Notes under the pieces: model-generated
What the model was told of the DNA's origin: nothing
Database searches by the model: none
What the model saw: the letters and a program-made list of their open reading frames with translations, nothing else
Position numbers and translations under genes: made by a program
Shown: positions 29,259 through 38,771 of the stretch, in pieces
Numbering within the stretch: the stretch's first letter is position 1
How the letters are laid out: every line of letters begins with the position of its first letter
NCBI GenBank assembly: GCA_037305845.1
Contig: CP147778.1
Coordinates: forward strand, 2,368,001 to 2,432,000
DNA: 64,000 nucleotides
Direction: 5' to 3'
From: Candidatus Freyarchaeum deiterrae
Lineage (GTDB): Archaea > Asgardarchaeota > Jordiarchaeia > Jordiarchaeales > Jordiarchaeaceae

Positions 29259-29721
29259 TGAAGTGAAGAAAGCCAATCTTTTTTTTGGGGATGTATACGT
29301 TACTCTCTTCCCTCACATTTTTTGTGGTCGTGAGGATTTAAATAATATAAATAATAAATAATTTGATTATGGTAGCTTCTTTTCTAAATTGTTTTTCACT
29401 TAAATTAACTACAAACTAAACAAAAAGATTTTATACTGAAAAAAAATTGTATGCACGGAAAAATAAAAATGAAAATGACGCGGGGTAATCTGAGAAACCT
29501 CCGCGAAAAACAATCTAGTGTCCTTGATAGGGTTACCGAAAAATAATAAAATTGGTTAAGAACGTTAATGGCTTTACCATCATATTTGGGCTTTTACCAA
29601 AAGGCTCAGAAAAACCATTAAAAACGTCTAACGAATCTTCAAAAATTAAAAATTGGTTTGGACCATGTCACCTGATGGTTAGAATAAAAATTTAGTTAAT
29701 TGAAAAATTGGAGGATTCAAA

Positions 29722-30294
29722 TTGGTTGAGGCATCGTCGAAAAAGGATAATAACCTTCGTGGTGAAATTACAGAAACTCATGAAGGGGAAACCCTGAACT
29801 TTTGTTACCAGTGTTCGACCTGTTCAGGATGTTGTCCGGTTTTCAGATATAATGCAAGATTTAACCCAAGGAAAATCGTTGAAAATACTCTGCTAGGAAG
29901 AAAAGATCGCACAGTTGATAGTCCTGACATTTGGTTCTGTACAGTGTGTCACAATTGTACAGAGAAGTGTCCTCAGGGAGTTAAGGTCTCGGAAATTATT
30001 ATTGAACTGAAAAACCTCTCGAGCAAAGAAGGTCTGTTTCCAGTACATCTGCAAGAAGAAGCCAAGGCATTATTGGAGTTCGGAATGGTCAGTCCTGCCA
30101 ATAAGGCCATTTTGTCTCGTAGAGAAAAACTAGGGCTGCCCGTGGTTGAAAACGCTCCTCCCGAAGAGATACGGACACTAACCAGCTTTACCGGGTTCGA
30201 TAAACTGGTAGCGAATAGAAAACCAATGGAGGGCGAAGCCCAAAAGAAGCCAGAGGGCGAAGCTCCAAAGAAAAAGGAGGCTGCACAAGAATGA
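29722..30294 (+). CDS. hdrC: Heterodisulfide reductase subunit C
   Basis: CYQCSTCSGCCP and WFCTVCHNCTEKCPQGV motifs. Confidence 0.92.
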   Translation: MVEASSKKDNNLRGEITETHEGETLNFCYQCSTCSGCCPVFRYNARFNPRKIVENTLLGRKDRTVDSPDIWFCTVCHNCTEKCPQGVKVSEIIIELKNLSSKEGLFPVHLQEEAKALLEFGMVSPANKAILSRREKLGLPVVENAPPEEIRTLTSFTGFDKLVANRKPMEGEAQKKPEGEAPKKKEAAQE

Positions 30295-31178
30295 GCAATG
30301 ATTACGCTCTATTTCTAGGTTGCACTATACCAAATCGTCTTCCACACCTCGAAGTATCCACTAGGATTATACTAAAAAGCTTGGATGTAAATGTGAAAGA
30401 TTTACCCGGATTTGCCTGCTGTCCCGATCCAGTTGGTTTCTCTGCATTGGACAGATATACCTGGCTTGTTCTAGCTTCCAGAAACCTAGCCGTAGCCGAA
30501 GAAAAGGGATTAGACGTTTTGACACTCTGCAGTGGCTGTTTCGAATCACTAAAGACGGCAAACTACTTAATCAAGAGTGGAAACGGATACAAAGAAAAGA
30601 TTAACGAAGCTCTATCCAAAGTTGGAAAACAATATAATGGTACTGTTGAGGTTAGACACCTACTTCAAGTGTTATATGAAGATGTGGGACCTAAAAAGAT
30701 TGAGTCCACCGTCAAAAAGCCACTCGAAGGAATAAAGGTTGCTATCCACTACGGTTGCCACGTTCTTAGACCAAGCGAGGTGGTTCAGGTAGATGATCCA
30801 TTTAATCCCACTAGCTTTGAGAGTATCGTCAAGGCTACTGGCGCAACACCTGTTGATTATGAGAAGAAGTCTCTCTGCTGCGGAGTAGGAGTACGCTCTG
30901 TGGACGAAAACACAACAAACAAAATGATAGAAGAGAAGCTCAGATACGTTAAGCTTGCGGGAGCTGATCTTCTCTGTGTAATCTGTCCGTTCTGCCTAAT
31001 TCAATACGATATCGGCCAATTCCAAATCAATAAGGTGTTTGGCACTGACTACAATATCCCTGTCTTCTATTATCCGCATCTACTAGCTCTAGCCCAAGGT
31101 ATTTCAGCTGAAGAACTGAATTTCAAGTTCCAGAGGATAAAACCGGATGCGGTTCTTGAAAAAATCGAAAAATTATAG
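30291..31178 (+). CDS. hdrB: Heterodisulfide reductase subunit B
   Basis: FLGC, CCP, CSGC, HYGCH, CCG and CPFC (two CCG domains). Confidence 0.93.
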   Translation: MSNDYALFLGCTIPNRLPHLEVSTRIILKSLDVNVKDLPGFACCPDPVGFSALDRYTWLVLASRNLAVAEEKGLDVLTLCSGCFESLKTANYLIKSGNGYKEKINEALSKVGKQYNGTVEVRHLLQVLYEDVGPKKIESTVKKPLEGIKVAIHYGCHVLRPSEVVQVDDPFNPTSFESIVKATGATPVDYEKKSLCCGVGVRSVDENTTNKMIEEKLRYVKLAGADLLCVICPFCLIQYDIGQFQINKVFGTDYNIPVFYYPHLLALAQGISAEELNFKFQRIKPDAVLEKIEKL

Positions 31179-33572
31179 GTGATTCTCATGTCTAAGATTG
31201 GTTTGTTCATATGCGACTGTGGAAAAACCCTATCCAACGCTATTGATTACGATTCAATAGTTTCGGATTTGGAGAAAAGCGGGAAATTTGCATTCATAAT
31301 GAGGGATAGTGTCCTGTGCAAAACAGGTTTAGAAAAAATGCTAAAACAGCTCAAGAAAAGCAAGGTTGACAAGGTGGTGGTTGCCGCCTGCACCCCCAAA
31401 CTATACACGTCCACATGGGGGCATCTTCTCGAGCAAGCCGGAATGAGCTATTACGACCTTGTAATTTCAAACATCAGAGAACAGTGCGCATGGGTGCACA
31501 AGGACGAACCCCAAGAATTAGTGACAGAAAAAGCCAAAGCCTTAATTCTTTCAGCCGCCAACAGAGCAGAGGCTCTGGAAGAAATCCCTCTTGAGAAGAT
31601 ACCGATTACTCAGAAAGTTGTGGTAATCGGAGGCGGAATAGCCGGAATAACAGCGGCTCAGGAATTAGCAGAACTGGGAATCGATGTTGATGTAATAGAA
31701 AGAAAACCAACAGTGGGTGGACTAAGTCTAAAGCTAGGAACAGTGTTTCCCACACAGGACTGCTCTCTCTGTGTAAGAACAACAGGATGTCCCGGTCTGG
31801 GTGACGGTTCTCCACGTCGATGCATTTATCGAGCTAACCTCGAGTTTAATCCAAAAATAAAGTTCTACACCAATTCCGAAGTGGTTGATGTTCTGGGCGA
31901 TGTTGGCAACTTCAAGGTTGTAGTTAAAAAGAATCCAAGATATGTGAGCGAAGAAAAGTGCATAAGATGCAACGAGTGTGTTAAGGTCTGCCCAGTTGAT
32001 GTGCCTGATGACTTCAACCTCGGACTCGTTACAAGAAAAGCAATATACATGCCATTCTTCCAAGCTATCCCACAAATTTACGCAATTGACCCAAAAACCT
32101 GCAAGTTTGAAGAATGCGGAAAATGCGTCGAGGTCTGCCCCACAGAAGCTATTGACCTAAAAGAAAAGGAAGAAAACCTTACAATCGACGCAGGAGCCGT
32201 AATAATCGCCACTGGCTTTGAGGAGTACAACCCCGCCCTAGTGAAGGAATATAGCTATGGACGCTACCCCGATGTCATTACACAAACAGAATTAGCGCGT
32301 TTACTTGATGTTTCTGGACCCACAGAAGGTAAACTCATACGCTTATCGGATAAAAAACCAGTAAAAAGAGTAGTAATGATTCAATGCGTCGGCTCAAGAG
32401 ATGAGAAACACAACTCCTACTGCTCAAACATCTGCTGCATGGTAGCCCTGAAACACTCCATAATGATAAAGGAGCACTTCCCCGAGATAGATGTAACCAT
32501 CGAATACATGGACATCAGACCAGTGGGCTCAAAATATGAGGATTACTACCGCCGAGCCCGAGAACTCGGAGTAAACTTCGTCCGAGGAAGACCTGCAGAA
32601 GTGTTCTCAAAAGGTGATCAACTAGTAGTTGAGGGCGAAAACACTTTAAACGGCGAATTCGAAAAAACAGAAGCCGACCTAGTTGTTCTGAGTATGGCTA
32701 TGGTTCCATCAAAAGGAACTCAGGAACTCGCAAAAATGCTGGGAGTAGCCATAGGGCAGGACGGGTTCTTTAGCACTATCGACTCCAAAGTACGGCCCTC
32801 AGAAACAAATGTTGTGGGTGTATACTTGGCCGGCGGAGCAATGACTCCAATGGATATACCCAACGCCGTATCATACGCTGCTGGTGCAGCTTTGGGCGCA
32901 GTAAAGCTAATGAACCAAAAAGAGATCGAGAAACCTCTACTAACATCATTTGTAGATGAGGACACTTGCAGTAGGTGCAGAATATGCGAATGGGCTTGCC
33001 CATTTGACGCGGTTCATGTAGTAGGAGACAAAGCGGCTCAAGTTGACCAATCAAAGTGCTTCGGTTGCGGTATCTGTGCGGCTGCTTGTCCCTCAGCCTG
33101 TATTGATTTAAGGTATCATACAAGTAAACAGCTGGCTGCTGCTATTAACGGCATTTTGGAAAACCGTGGAGAAGCTAAGAAAATTGTCGCAATCACTTGC
33201 TTGGAGTGTGGGTACTCTACTATAGATGATGCGGGTATGCTCGGCATGCAGTATCCCGTAAATGTGAGCACCGTAGAGGTTCCATGCACGGCTTCCATTG
33301 ATTCCCAAGTTGTCTTGGATGCTTTTGCTAATGGTGCCGATGGGGTTCTGCTTATCGGTTGCGATAGATGTCACTACCTAAGGGGCGCCGATGTGGCTAA
33401 CTTGAGAATTTCAATGTTGCAAAATCTTCTATCACAATTCGGTATAGAAACAGAGAGAATGCAGGCTTTCTTCGGAGACTGTCACGATACTGGAGAAATA
33501 ATCGAAAAAATAAAATCCATGGTCGAGAAAATAAACAGCCTAGAAAAAACAAAAAGCGTTCTAGTACCATAA
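31179..33572 (+). CDS. hdrA: Heterodisulfide reductase subunit A fused to an MvhD-like domain
   Basis: NIREQC, GGGIAG, ferredoxin motifs, QCVGSRD and CSNICC; C-terminal TCLECGY/VPC/GADGVL/CHY MvhD motifs. Confidence 0.92.
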   Translation: MILMSKIGLFICDCGKTLSNAIDYDSIVSDLEKSGKFAFIMRDSVLCKTGLEKMLKQLKKSKVDKVVVAACTPKLYTSTWGHLLEQAGMSYYDLVISNIREQCAWVHKDEPQELVTEKAKALILSAANRAEALEEIPLEKIPITQKVVVIGGGIAGITAAQELAELGIDVDVIERKPTVGGLSLKLGTVFPTQDCSLCVRTTGCPGLGDGSPRRCIYRANLEFNPKIKFYTNSEVVDVLGDVGNFKVVVKKNPRYVSEEKCIRCNECVKVCPVDVPDDFNLGLVTRKAIYMPFFQAIPQIYAIDPKTCKFEECGKCVEVCPTEAIDLKEKEENLTIDAGAVIIATGFEEYNPALVKEYSYGRYPDVITQTELARLLDVSGPTEGKLIRLSDKKPVKRVVMIQCVGSRDEKHNSYCSNICCMVALKHSIMIKEHFPEIDVTIEYMDIRPVGSKYEDYYRRARELGVNFVRGRPAEVFSKGDQLVVEGENTLNGEFEKTEADLVVLSMAMVPSKGTQELAKMLGVAIGQDGFFSTIDSKVRPSETNVVGVYLAGGAMTPMDIPNAVSYAAGAALGAVKLMNQKEIEKPLLTSFVDEDTCSRCRICEWACPFDAVHVVGDKAAQVDQSKCFGCGICAAACPSACIDLRYHTSKQLAAAINGILENRGEAKKIVAITCLECGYSTIDDAGMLGMQYPVNVSTVEVPCTASIDSQVVLDAFANGADGVLLIGCDRCHYLRGADVANLRISMLQNLLSQFGIETERMQAFFGDCHDTGEIIEKIKSMVEKINSLEKTKSVLVP

Positions 33573-33574
33573 TT

Positions 33575-33618
33575 TACTCCTTTTACTTCTTTTCTATTTT
33601 TTCATCTTTTTTTACTTC
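33575..33618 (+). terminator. T-rich archaeal terminator-like tract after hdrA
   Basis: Several oligo-T runs between convergent genes. Confidence 0.5.
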
Positions 33619-33641
33619 AAATACGTTTTTTAAAAAAAGAT

Positions 33642-34415
33642 TTATTCTATAATTGCAAATGCTCTACAGGGTAGAGCTGTTACTGATATTGCGTCTGCAG
33701 CCATATTATCTACTGGTTCTACTCTTAGGGGTGGAAAACAGAGAGTGAATTCTTCCATATCTTTAACCTTTTCCAAGTTCAAATTTTCGATTATCATGTA
33801 GTTTGAGTTTAGCAAAACTAAGTGATTTGTGGCTTTGGAATCTTTTATCGGTTGTAGAAAACTTTCAGCTCCTTCATCAATAACGTATGGAAAGGAGGGT
33901 GAATCATCTGGCAAGTCTACGGAGGGGCAATCTATTCCAAAAGCAATTAGACCGAAATTCGCCACAACTTCTGAGCATTCTCGTTCAAGTGTTGGAAAAC
34001 CGGTAAAATACTTCTCGGGATCTGTTTTCCAGAATTTGCCGAATCCGGTTTTAATCAGTAGTATTTTATTTTTTAGAGTGGGTATTTCTTTAAGTTTTTC
34101 AATTAGCTCTTTAGCTGTGATACTCTCGTTTTCGCCTTTTTTGAATTCAACTGTCAAAGCCTCGCAGACGAATTGTGATATGCTGTAATCTTGTGGTCCT
34201 TTGCCGGCTATAAGGTAGGATGAAGGGAACTCTATATGTGTTCCACAGTGCGTTTCCAAATCAATCATTAATGATAGATACTGAAATATTTGCTCTCTAA
34301 TCGTTATACTATGGCCAACGGTTTTTACGTGGAACTCGTAATTGAACTTATTCGGAAATGAGGCGTTACCCACAAAGTCATAAAGATAAGGTTGGGTCAG
34401 ATCAATTACATTCAT
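33642..34415 (-). CDS. Cyclase family (kynurenine formamidase-like) metal hydrolase
   Basis: IDLTQP, HCGTHIEFP, GIDCPSVD and IIENL motifs. Confidence 0.85.
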   Translation of the reverse strand: MNVIDLTQPYLYDFVGNASFPNKFNYEFHVKTVGHSITIREQIFQYLSLMIDLETHCGTHIEFPSSYLIAGKGPQDYSISQFVCEALTVEFKKGENESITAKELIEKLKEIPTLKNKILLIKTGFGKFWKTDPEKYFTGFPTLERECSEVVANFGLIAFGIDCPSVDLPDDSPSFPYVIDEGAESFLQPIKDSKATNHLVLLNSNYMIIENLNLEKVKDMEEFTLCFPPLRVEPVDNMAADAISVTALPCRAFAIIE

Positions 34416-34723
34416 GTAAATAACCTCTTCAAAGATTTTTTATAGAAATCCTAACTTAGCTCTTTTTTATTTGAGCGGTTTGCACACTTGCATTTGTGTT
34501 TATTATTGAGTCTTCATTTTTATACTATCTCTGAGTCTATAATATGTTGAGCAAAATAGATGAATTTTTTCATTTTAAAATCAACTTTTATTGCTTATTT
34601 TAATCACTAGAAAAAATTAAAAGGTTTATCTCATTTCCTTTATATTAGAAAAAATTATCCCATATTGGAATATATTTTAAATAACTGTATCCTTTTTTTA
34701 AAAGTCGAGAAGAGGGTTGAGAC

Positions 34724-35434
34724 TTGTCAGAAAAGAGGCTTACTTTACTACTGCACCCTGTACGTAGGGAAATTTACCGGATGATATGCGAAAAACCCGG
34801 AACATACTTTTTAGAAATAGCTAGTGAACTAGCAACCCCTCCTGGTACCCTCTCTTGGCATCTAAGGACTCTCCAAAAATCTGGTCTAATTGGCAGCTTT
34901 AAGTACGGAGGTAAGTTGGTTTACTATCCCAAGGTGTTAAGAGGGGAGGAGGCTGAGAAGGCGTTCTTCACTCTAAGGAGTGGAACAGCCAAGAAGATAT
35001 TCCAGTATATCGTTAACAACCCTGGCTGTCATCAGAGAGAAATAGCAAAAAACCTGAAGGTTCACCATGACACCGTTCGTTGGCACATCGGGAGAATGAT
35101 TGAGACCGGCCTAGTAGATTCGATGAGAGAAGGTCGGAGGGTACATTATTCCCTAGGCAAAATGGGTAAAAAACTACTAGAGGGAAGTTTAAACCTTATT
35201 TCCGACTCTTTTGTACTCTTCCTGATGGATAAGCTGACCGAGCGCTGCCAAAACCCTGAAATCATAGGTAAGAGCAGCGATAAGGTCTCAATCAGACTCG
35301 ATTGTCCAGACATGCAGGAAGACTGTACACTAGTCATCAAACTAGGCAAGTGGGAGTTTGCCGACATGGGAAACGGCGGCGAAAAAGAAATAGAAGAAAA
35401 CGACATAGATTCTAATGGAAACTCCCCCCAATGA
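34724..35434 (+). CDS. Tandem winged-HTH (ArsR-like, COG3398-type) transcription regulator
   Basis: Two wHTH units: HPVRREIY...LSWHLRTL and KKIFQYI...VRWHIGRM. Confidence 0.85.
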   Translation: MSEKRLTLLLHPVRREIYRMICEKPGTYFLEIASELATPPGTLSWHLRTLQKSGLIGSFKYGGKLVYYPKVLRGEEAEKAFFTLRSGTAKKIFQYIVNNPGCHQREIAKNLKVHHDTVRWHIGRMIETGLVDSMREGRRVHYSLGKMGKKLLEGSLNLISDSFVLFLMDKLTERCQNPEIIGKSSDKVSIRLDCPDMQEDCTLVIKLGKWEFADMGNGGEKEIEENDIDSNGNSPQ

Positions 35435-35535
35435 AAAATCAAAACACTACAATGCTTTATCTATGGAACCGCGTTTATTCCACTTAGTAAGATAAAACCC
35501 TCTGAAATGTTTAAGAAAAAGGATGGGATGCTGGT

Positions 35536-35946
35536 TTGAATCAACTAACAAGCGGAGTTATGATGAAGCTTAAACCAAGAGATAAAGAAAAAGTTCTAGA
35601 GCTTCCTTCTCAGTTTTTTGACGCAATTAAACATGAGAATGCGCTCGTAATTCTTACTCCCGCCAATGAAACCGTGAGAATTATTCCCACTGGAAGCCAA
35701 AAGATATTTAGGATTTTGATAAATCTGGCTGATAGGCTTTCTTCAAATTTTCTAATCGGGCTCAAAGCGTTTTTCGAAGAAAATAAGATCACGCCACTCT
35801 TCACTTCCGGCCTTTGTCTTAAAGAAAAAAACTGTACGTATGAACTTTACTGCCCTGCTGAGATGATGAATGAGACTCAGCTAATAAAAAAACTTGAGCA
35901 ATTGGAAAGCGTAAAAAAAGTGGAAATCCAAACATTATCAGTCTAA
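35536..35946 (+). CDS. Hypothetical protein, possible C-terminal ACT-like domain
   Basis: beta-alpha-beta-beta-alpha-beta pattern with FTSGLC...CTYELY. Confidence 0.55.
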   Translation: MNQLTSGVMMKLKPRDKEKVLELPSQFFDAIKHENALVILTPANETVRIIPTGSQKIFRILINLADRLSSNFLIGLKAFFEENKITPLFTSGLCLKEKNCTYELYCPAEMMNETQLIKKLEQLESVKKVEIQTLSV

Positions 35947-36299
35947 ATCACACAGTATTCAAAAGTTTTTGAATAACTTATTTACTAGATAGTATATCGA
36001 AAGAATAAGGTTACATGGTATCTTTTGGGTTGAGAAAACAAAAACTGGCAAAAAACCCCCTTATATTATATATTATTTAATTAAAAGGGGGGTATTATTA
36101 TTTCTTCTTCCCCCTCTGCCCTATTTTCTACTATTAATATTATAATATACTCACTCACTCAACCAACCAATAAGTATTAATGCTTTATATAAAAAAAGAA
36201 TTAACCACCCTCTTCTAAGGCGTTAAAAGTTAGATAAAATCCTAAAACGTTTCTAAATTAAAGTAGTTTAATTCACGGACGGCCTATAGAAAAGATAGT

Positions 36300-36811
36300 T
36301 TAATCCTGGGGCTGAGGTCCTGGCAATAACTTAAACTCTTTTCTATTCTCAATCCTAATAGTTTCTTCTAAGTCGTCAGTTCTCATAAAAAACGGCAAAA
36401 GAGTTCTTAGCGTTTTCCGCACATGATAATCTATTAATTTGCGATCTGATATATTGAATTTTAATTGAATTTCGCTTGTCTTTATCCCTAAACTGTACAT
36501 TTTTGCTACCTCGAGGTCTTGCGGATCCACGTCCTCTAGTTCTAGTTTGTATTCATATTCATAGAAATAATGCCCAATTATGTTGCTGCAAAAACAATCT
36601 ATTGCCGCATCTAGCTCATAGTTGCTAATGCCGTGGTTTTTACACCATAAATTTTCGCTGATAGGTTTTTCCTAAGTCGTTTAGCATATAGTTTAGGGCT
36701 AGTTTTCTTACTTCTATGAAGCCCATTTTAGCTATTCGCTCTTTAGCTGCCTTTTTCCCTAATGTGTTTTTCTCCAATCTTCATTTTTTTCTTTTCTTTT
36801 TCAACTACCAT
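36300..36811 (-). pseudogene. Frameshifted gene with C-terminal HTH (sigma-region-4/LuxR-like)
   Basis: AAGGAG SD plus ATG at 36811; coding-looking segments in changing frames run into the ORF 36300-36530 (DLEVAKMYSLGIKTSEIQLKFNIS). Confidence 0.5.
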
Positions 36812-36836
36812 TTTTAATCTACTCCTTTAAACTCCT

Positions 36837-37427
36837 CTAAATGAGAGAGGATAATTCTTTTCTGAAGTTTTGAACATTTTTATTATTCGGGCCAAAAGGT
36901 AAAGGGATAACCACATAGTTGAAATTTAAATCCAAGTATGCCTTTACTTCTTTGAAACTACTCTTTCCGATGAAAATGACTTTTTGGAAGCTTAAGGAAT
37001 TCAATTCTTTGTTTAGGTATTTCGAACAAGACTCGATTGCTTTTCTTTTTTCCTTTCTTAAGAGTTTATTAATAGGACATTTAACCATGTCAATGAGGTA
37101 GAATCCTTTTTCCATCTTGAATCTATCTAGAAAGTGTTCTTTGGTGAATTTTGAACATTCCTTCATCTCTTCTTCAAATAAGACATACATCATCTGATAA
37201 AAAAGACCACCATACCTTATCTGTCCCGGAGCATAGAAGTATCTGTTTTTATCTCTTAAAAATGATATTGTGGGAGATTCTGCCACAAACAGTATCTTAA
37301 TTTTTTCATTCGGCACATACTTAGCATTTATTTTGAGTGTCTCATCTCTTACATCAATGTAGTCTTTTCTTTCACTTAAAATACATCCATTACATCCACA
37401 CGTTTGGCAATCCCTCTTTACAGACAT
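36837..37427 (-). CDS. Uracil-DNA glycosylase-like superfamily protein
   Basis: KIKILFVAESP, YLIDMVKCP, KVIFIGK and PLP match the UDG fold pattern. Confidence 0.6.
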   Translation of the reverse strand: MSVKRDCQTCGCNGCILSERKDYIDVRDETLKINAKYVPNEKIKILFVAESPTISFLRDKNRYFYAPGQIRYGGLFYQMMYVLFEEEMKECSKFTKEHFLDRFKMEKGFYLIDMVKCPINKLLRKEKRKAIESCSKYLNKELNSLSFQKVIFIGKSSFKEVKAYLDLNFNYVVIPLPFGPNNKNVQNFRKELSSLI

Positions 37428-37450
37428 TATTTCATTCTCCTAATTTTATT

Positions 37451-37645
37451 TTAGACCGCAACTCTTGGCATGATTTTCACATTCTCTCCTTCTTCAAGCA
37501 TACTTTCGGAAGCCATAGTTTTACCATTCTTAACCACGAAGTGTGTGTTAATACTAAAGCCTAAATCACTTAGAAGTTTCTTTACCGTTGTTCTATACTT
37601 CACTATTAGTTCTATCATTATTTTCTTCATCTCTTTGTTTATCAT
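37451..37645 (-). pseudogene. MoaD/ThiS/SAMP ubiquitin-like protein lacking the C-terminal GG
   Basis: TVKKLLSDLG...VVKNGK...LEEGENVKIMPRVAV-stop. Confidence 0.65.
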
Positions 37646-37921
37646 GTTCTAGCTTGTTATAGCAATAGGTATGAGTTTAGTCTATTGGTTTGAGTTTTTG
37701 TTTAAGTTCTGCTAATAGTTGTTGATGTAAATCACCATAACCCTGGAGATTAGCCGAATTATCCTTATCGGCACGTGGGGGATCCGCGAAAACTTTCGTT
37801 ATCTCTGTGGTTGTTTGCTGTCTATAAGTAATTTGAGTTAATGCCGGGATGTACACCTTATTCATATCCAATGGTGTTTTTACTAAACCTTATGCAGAAC
37901 TGAAGCCCACCTGGGGAATGA

Positions 37922-38596
37922 TTATAGTTTACCGTTTTGGTCAGCAATTAATGATGGTAGTTTCGCAACGCTTTCTATAATTAAATCGGGTTTTTCTTTA
38001 GCCAGAATCTCTTCTTTAATGCCTCCACTCAAAACTGCTATGGTTACTGCGCCGATCTTTTTTCCAGATCTGATGTCTGCGACGAAATCTCCTACGAACA
38101 TACTTTCAGATGGACTGTAGCCCAGCTTGTCTAAAGCCTCAAGAAGATTCTGTTCCTTGGAGAAATAGTACTCATTTCCACTCTGGCTCTTTAACCTAGT
38201 AAATACCACATCTATGTATTGATCCAACTCGTATTTCTTTAGTTCAGACCAAACACTTTCAACGCTTGCAATTCTACCTGTTACAACTCCTATGCTCATT
38301 CCGCGTTTTTTTAATTCGTAAAGAGCTTCTTTTGATCCCGGTATCATAAACTCGTCTGGTGATGATATCTTAGAATAATTCTGGAGAAAATGATCCCAAA
38401 ACTTTATCTGTAAATCCTCTGGAACCAATTTGTCCAGCGAAGCGTTATTATACAATTCGTCAAAAGTTTTCCGGGGCAGTGTAGGTAACTTGAATTTTTC
38501 AAATGATTTATTTAAAACTAAGTAGAATCGACTTCTTGTATTTACCAAGGTTCCATCCAAGTCAAGCAGTATAGCACTAATATTGTTCTTAACCAA
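37922..38596 (-). CDS. HAD-superfamily phosphatase (Gph/PpaX-like)
   Basis: DLDGTL, VVTG and FVGDFVAD motifs. Confidence 0.9.
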   Translation of the reverse strand: MVKNNISAILLDLDGTLVNTRSRFYLVLNKSFEKFKLPTLPRKTFDELYNNASLDKLVPEDLQIKFWDHFLQNYSKISSPDEFMIPGSKEALYELKKRGMSIGVVTGRIASVESVWSELKKYELDQYIDVVFTRLKSQSGNEYYFSKEQNLLEALDKLGYSPSESMFVGDFVADIRSGKKIGAVTIAVLSGGIKEEILAKEKPDLIIESVAKLPSLIADQNGKL

Positions 38597-38771
38597 GACC
38601 TAAACCTCTTGAATACTCGGGAGGGAAACAAAAATCTCCAATATCACTCTAATGCACCAATTCTGTGATTAATTTGAGGTAATCTTAAATTGGCGTGTAA
38701 TAATTTTGTTTTCTAGCACACTTACTTTAATCATCGGAACTTTAAAAATTACCCCAATAGGAGAGCTTCAA

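Noticed and set aside
31179-33572. Selenocysteine recoding in HdrA/MvhD
   Set aside because: The ORF is continuous, with Cys codons at the positions that can be Sec (DCSLC, TCLEC) and no in-frame TGA.
37677-37871. 64-aa ORF as a real gene
   Set aside because: It has no recognisable motif or clear SD; treated as part of the decayed island.
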